Shown here: piece by piece, positions 61,551 through 64,000 of the stretch
How positions within the stretch are numbered: the first letter of the stretch is position 1
Layout of the letters: each line of letters begins with the position of its first letter
Origin: Myxococcales bacterium
Lineage (GTDB): Bacteria > Myxococcota_A > Polyangia > Palsa-1104 > SHYY01
DNA: 64,000 bases
NCBI GenBank assembly: GCA_009692555.1
Contig: SHYY01000007.1
Location: forward strand, 3,259 to 67,258
Direction: 5' to 3'
Program-made: the position numbers and the translations under genes
Notes under the pieces: model-generated
Databases searched by the model: none
Seen by the model: only the letters and a program-made list of their open reading frames with translations
Told to the model about the DNA's origin: nothing

Positions 61551-62279
61551 ATGCGAAGATCGATCATCCTGGGGGTCGCGGCGCTGCTCGGGCAGGCCGC
61601 CCCCGTCGCTGCGGCGGAGCCGACCGCGGCCGAGATCCTGAAGAAATACGACGACACGATGAGCCCGAAGACCTTCGATGCGCTCGTGGTGATGATCGCG
61701 CACCGGCAGGACGACACGACGCGCACCTACAAGTTCCGCGTCATGAAGGGCCACGACGACAAGATCCGCCTGTGGTTCTTCGAGCCCGCGTCGGCGAAGG
61801 GGCAGGAGATGCTGCGCGTCGGCGAGAACATGTGGGTCTACATGCCGAGCCTGAAGCGCGCGGTCCGGATCGCCTCGCGCGACAGCTTCCAGGGAGGCGA
61901 CTTCAACAACGCCGACGCGCTGCGCGTGAACTACGTGGCCGACTACACGCCGGTGCTGGGCGACAGCGGCGATCCGAAGAGCTACCTCCTCGATCTGTCG
62001 GCCAAGAGCAAGGACGCCGCCTACGACAAGGTGAAGCTCTGGTTCCGCAAGGGCGACCTGATGCCGGAGAAGGCGGAGTACTACGCCGCGTCGGGGAAGA
62101 TGATCCGCAGCATGAAATTCACCGACGTGAAGGACTTCCGCGGGCTCCGGCGCCCGGCTCACCTGGAGATGAAGAACGAGCTGGCGCAGAAGCGCTGGAG
62201 CGAGATGACCTGGCTCGACATGAAGCTCAACGTCGAGGTGCCGGCGCAGAGGTTCGTGGTCGACGATCTCGGGCGGTAG
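61551..62279 (+). CDS. LolA-like 'outer membrane lipoprotein-sorting' periplasmic protein
   Basis: Signal peptide; FFEPASAKGQEML...MWVYMPSLKRAVRIA..DSFQGGDFNNAD; KAEYYAASGKMIR. Alternative start at 61527. Confidence 0.85.
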   Translation: MRRSIILGVAALLGQAAPVAAAEPTAAEILKKYDDTMSPKTFDALVVMIAHRQDDTTRTYKFRVMKGHDDKIRLWFFEPASAKGQEMLRVGENMWVYMPSLKRAVRIASRDSFQGGDFNNADALRVNYVADYTPVLGDSGDPKSYLLDLSAKSKDAAYDKVKLWFRKGDLMPEKAEYYAASGKMIRSMKFTDVKDFRGLRRPAHLEMKNELAQKRWSEMTWLDMKLNVEVPAQRFVVDDLGR

Positions 62280-62289
62280 AGCTGCAGCG

Positions 62290-63798
62290 ATGCGCCCCCT
62301 ACCCATGCTCGCGATCCTGCTGGTGGCCGCCGAATGCGCCGGCCAAGAGTCGCTCGACGACCTCGACAAGGCGGGCCCGGCAGAGGCGGTGACCGAGGTC
62401 CCGAAATCGCCGACGGCGGAGGTGAACGGCTACCTCTCCAATCGGCTCACCGGCACCTGGGTGAGCACCTCGGGGCCGGTGCCAACCCGCGATGTCCCGT
62501 CGCTGCAGGACCTGCTCGAGGCCAACGTCCAGCTCAAGGTCCGGCTCGGCAAGAGCGCCTTCGCGTACGGCGATCTCTCGCTGCTCCTGCAGGGCGGCTG
62601 GCTCTACTATCGCGACGATGGCGCGGGTGGGCGCGAGCGGGTCGGCGAGCACGATGTCTCGTCGCTGCACCCGCTGGTGGCGCCAAGCGAGCTCTACCTG
62701 AGCTGGTCGCCGGCGTCGTGGCTGAACCTGGCGGCAGGCAAGAAGCGGATCGTCTGGGGCTCGGGGTTCGCCTTCAATCCGACCGATCTCGTCAATCCGC
62801 CGAAGGACCCGACCGATCCGAGTTTCCAGCGCGCGGGCGCCTTCCTGGCGCGGGTGGAGCTGCCGTTCGAGAAGCTCACCGTGAGCGCGCTGTTCGTGCC
62901 GCAGGTACTCTACGAGAAGAGCGGGCTGCCCTATGCGATGTTCAAGTATTCCGATTATCCCGTCGACGGGCAGAAGCCGCCGGATGATCAGTTCCACTAC
63001 CTCGTCGCGGCGCGCCTCTATGCGCTGGTCTACGACGCCGATATCAACCTGATCTACTACTTCTCCAATCGCTTCCGCGACGGCTTCGAGAACAAGTCGC
63101 GCTTCGGGGCGAGCTTCTCGCGCTACTTCTTCACGGACTACGAGCTGCACGTCGACGCGCTGTTCCAGACCGGCTCGGCGCGCAGCTATCCGAATCACGC
63201 GTGCGTGGCGGCGGGGCAGGGGCCGGGCAGCCCGGACTGCGCGATCCCGACGCGCGACGCGGCCTCGGCGAGCAAGCTCGACGACAGCGCGATCTACCCG
63301 CGCCTCCTCGTCGGTGGGCGGACGATGTTCAAGGACGAGAGCTCGCTGTCGATCGAGTACTACTACCAGGCCGACGGGTTCTCCGACGGCGAATTCGAGG
63401 ACGCGATCCGCGGGCTCCTGGCCGCCAAGGCGCTGCTCGATCAGGGCCTCATCGTGCCGGGTGCGGGTGGCGGGGCCTCGGGCGGGGCGGCGCCGGCCAA
63501 GTTCAGCTTCGATCCGCTCCGCCGACACTACCTCATCATCAGCTACACGAAGCCGAAGATCCGCGACGACTGGGCGGTCGGGATGGTGATGATCGCCGGC
63601 CTGCAGGACCTGTCCGGACTGCTCTCCCCGTCGGTGAGCTGGAATGTTCGCGAGTGGCTGACGCTCTCGCTGACCGGCTTCGTGCCGGTGCGCGGGATCC
63701 CGGTCGGCCAGGTCAAGGTGGGCGAGGAGTCCTACTCGGAGTACGCGCTCTTGCCGTTCGATGCGCGCGTGCTGTTCGAGGCGCGGGCGTTCTATTGA
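62290..63798 (+). CDS. Putative outer-membrane beta-barrel protein
   Basis: Signal peptide, GKKRIVWGSGFAFNPTD, amphipathic beta strands and C-terminal EARAFY. Confidence 0.75.
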   Translation: MRPLPMLAILLVAAECAGQESLDDLDKAGPAEAVTEVPKSPTAEVNGYLSNRLTGTWVSTSGPVPTRDVPSLQDLLEANVQLKVRLGKSAFAYGDLSLLLQGGWLYYRDDGAGGRERVGEHDVSSLHPLVAPSELYLSWSPASWLNLAAGKKRIVWGSGFAFNPTDLVNPPKDPTDPSFQRAGAFLARVELPFEKLTVSALFVPQVLYEKSGLPYAMFKYSDYPVDGQKPPDDQFHYLVAARLYALVYDADINLIYYFSNRFRDGFENKSRFGASFSRYFFTDYELHVDALFQTGSARSYPNHACVAAGQGPGSPDCAIPTRDAASASKLDDSAIYPRLLVGGRTMFKDESSLSIEYYYQADGFSDGEFEDAIRGLLAAKALLDQGLIVPGAGGGASGGAAPAKFSFDPLRRHYLIISYTKPKIRDDWAVGMVMIAGLQDLSGLLSPSVSWNVREWLTLSLTGFVPVRGIPVGQVKVGEESYSEYALLPFDARVLFEARAFY

Positions 63799-63799
63799 A

Positions 63800-63824
63800 G
63801 AAGGGACCCTGAGAGGGTCCCTTC
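63800..63824. other. Intercistronic perfect 11-bp hairpin
   Basis: GAAGGGACCCT-GAG-AGGGTCCCTTC with no U-tract, so it is not called a terminator. Confidence 0.6.
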
Positions 63825-63907
63825 GACCCCCCGCGAAGGGCACCGGAAGGCAGAGCCCGCCGGCGCCCACGCGACGAAGCCGATTCGCCGATTTCAAAGG
63901 AGCCGAG

Positions 63908-64000
63908 ATGAATCTCGTCGAGCTGCGAGGGATCACCAAGGACTACCGCCTCGGGCGGACCACCGTCACGGCGCTCCGCGGCGTCGATCTGGTGATCCAG
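63908..64000 (+). CDS. ABC transporter ATP-binding protein (LolD type), 5' end only
   Basis: MNLVELRGITKDYRLGRTTVTALRGVDLVIQ is a typical LolD/MacB ATPase N-terminus. It runs off the window. Confidence 0.85.
   Translation, partial: MNLVELRGITKDYRLGRTTVTALRGVDLVIQ

Noticed and set aside
63800-63824. Rho-independent terminator
   Set aside because: Perfect stem but no U-tract, and the downstream ATPase belongs to the same module. It is more likely an mRNA-stability or REP-like hairpin.

Overview
High-GC, gene-dense bacterial DNA, most consistent with a myxobacterium (Myxococcota-like), based on MYXO-CTERM-type C-terminal sorting tails, DUF2330 and many Cys-rich lipoproteins. No rRNA, tRNA, CRISPR array or intact transposase was recognised. 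From left to right the window holds: the 3' end of an MmeI-like restriction-methyltransferase with an in-frame stop; a CgeB-like glycosyltransferase; DUF2330; a MazF/RHH toxin-antitoxin pair; secreted proteins; a DUF4157 protein with a caspase/CHAT-like domain; a P450, a glutathione peroxidase and an O-methyltransferase; hslO-psuG-rluA with a nucleotidyltransferase pair; a repeat-bounded cassette carrying a BNR-propeller surface protein; two acyl-CoA dehydrogenases; Uma2; a divergent SDR/2OG-oxygenase versus lipase/ABC/desaturase/methyltransferase cluster; secreted hydrolases; boxC-boxB-rluA; a 1530-aa DUF4157 protein; VapBC; a methyltransferase and a B12-radical SAM enzyme; and a long + strand run (PhyH, FAD oxidase, Afp15/Pvc15-like AAA ATPase, LolCDE/LolA-like export module). 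The most notable signals are four. (1) Dispersed eCIS-associated genes, where both DUF4157 genes carry a near-identical 13-mer 46-47 nt upstream of their starts. (2) A 165-bp repeat/hairpin element inserted in frame in the FAD oxidase between 9-bp direct repeats. (3) Several small inverted-repeat elements, including a 2.6-kb cassette with inverted ends. (4) An unusually high density of gene remnants at junctions. All family assignments come from motif recognition by eye; no database searches were run.
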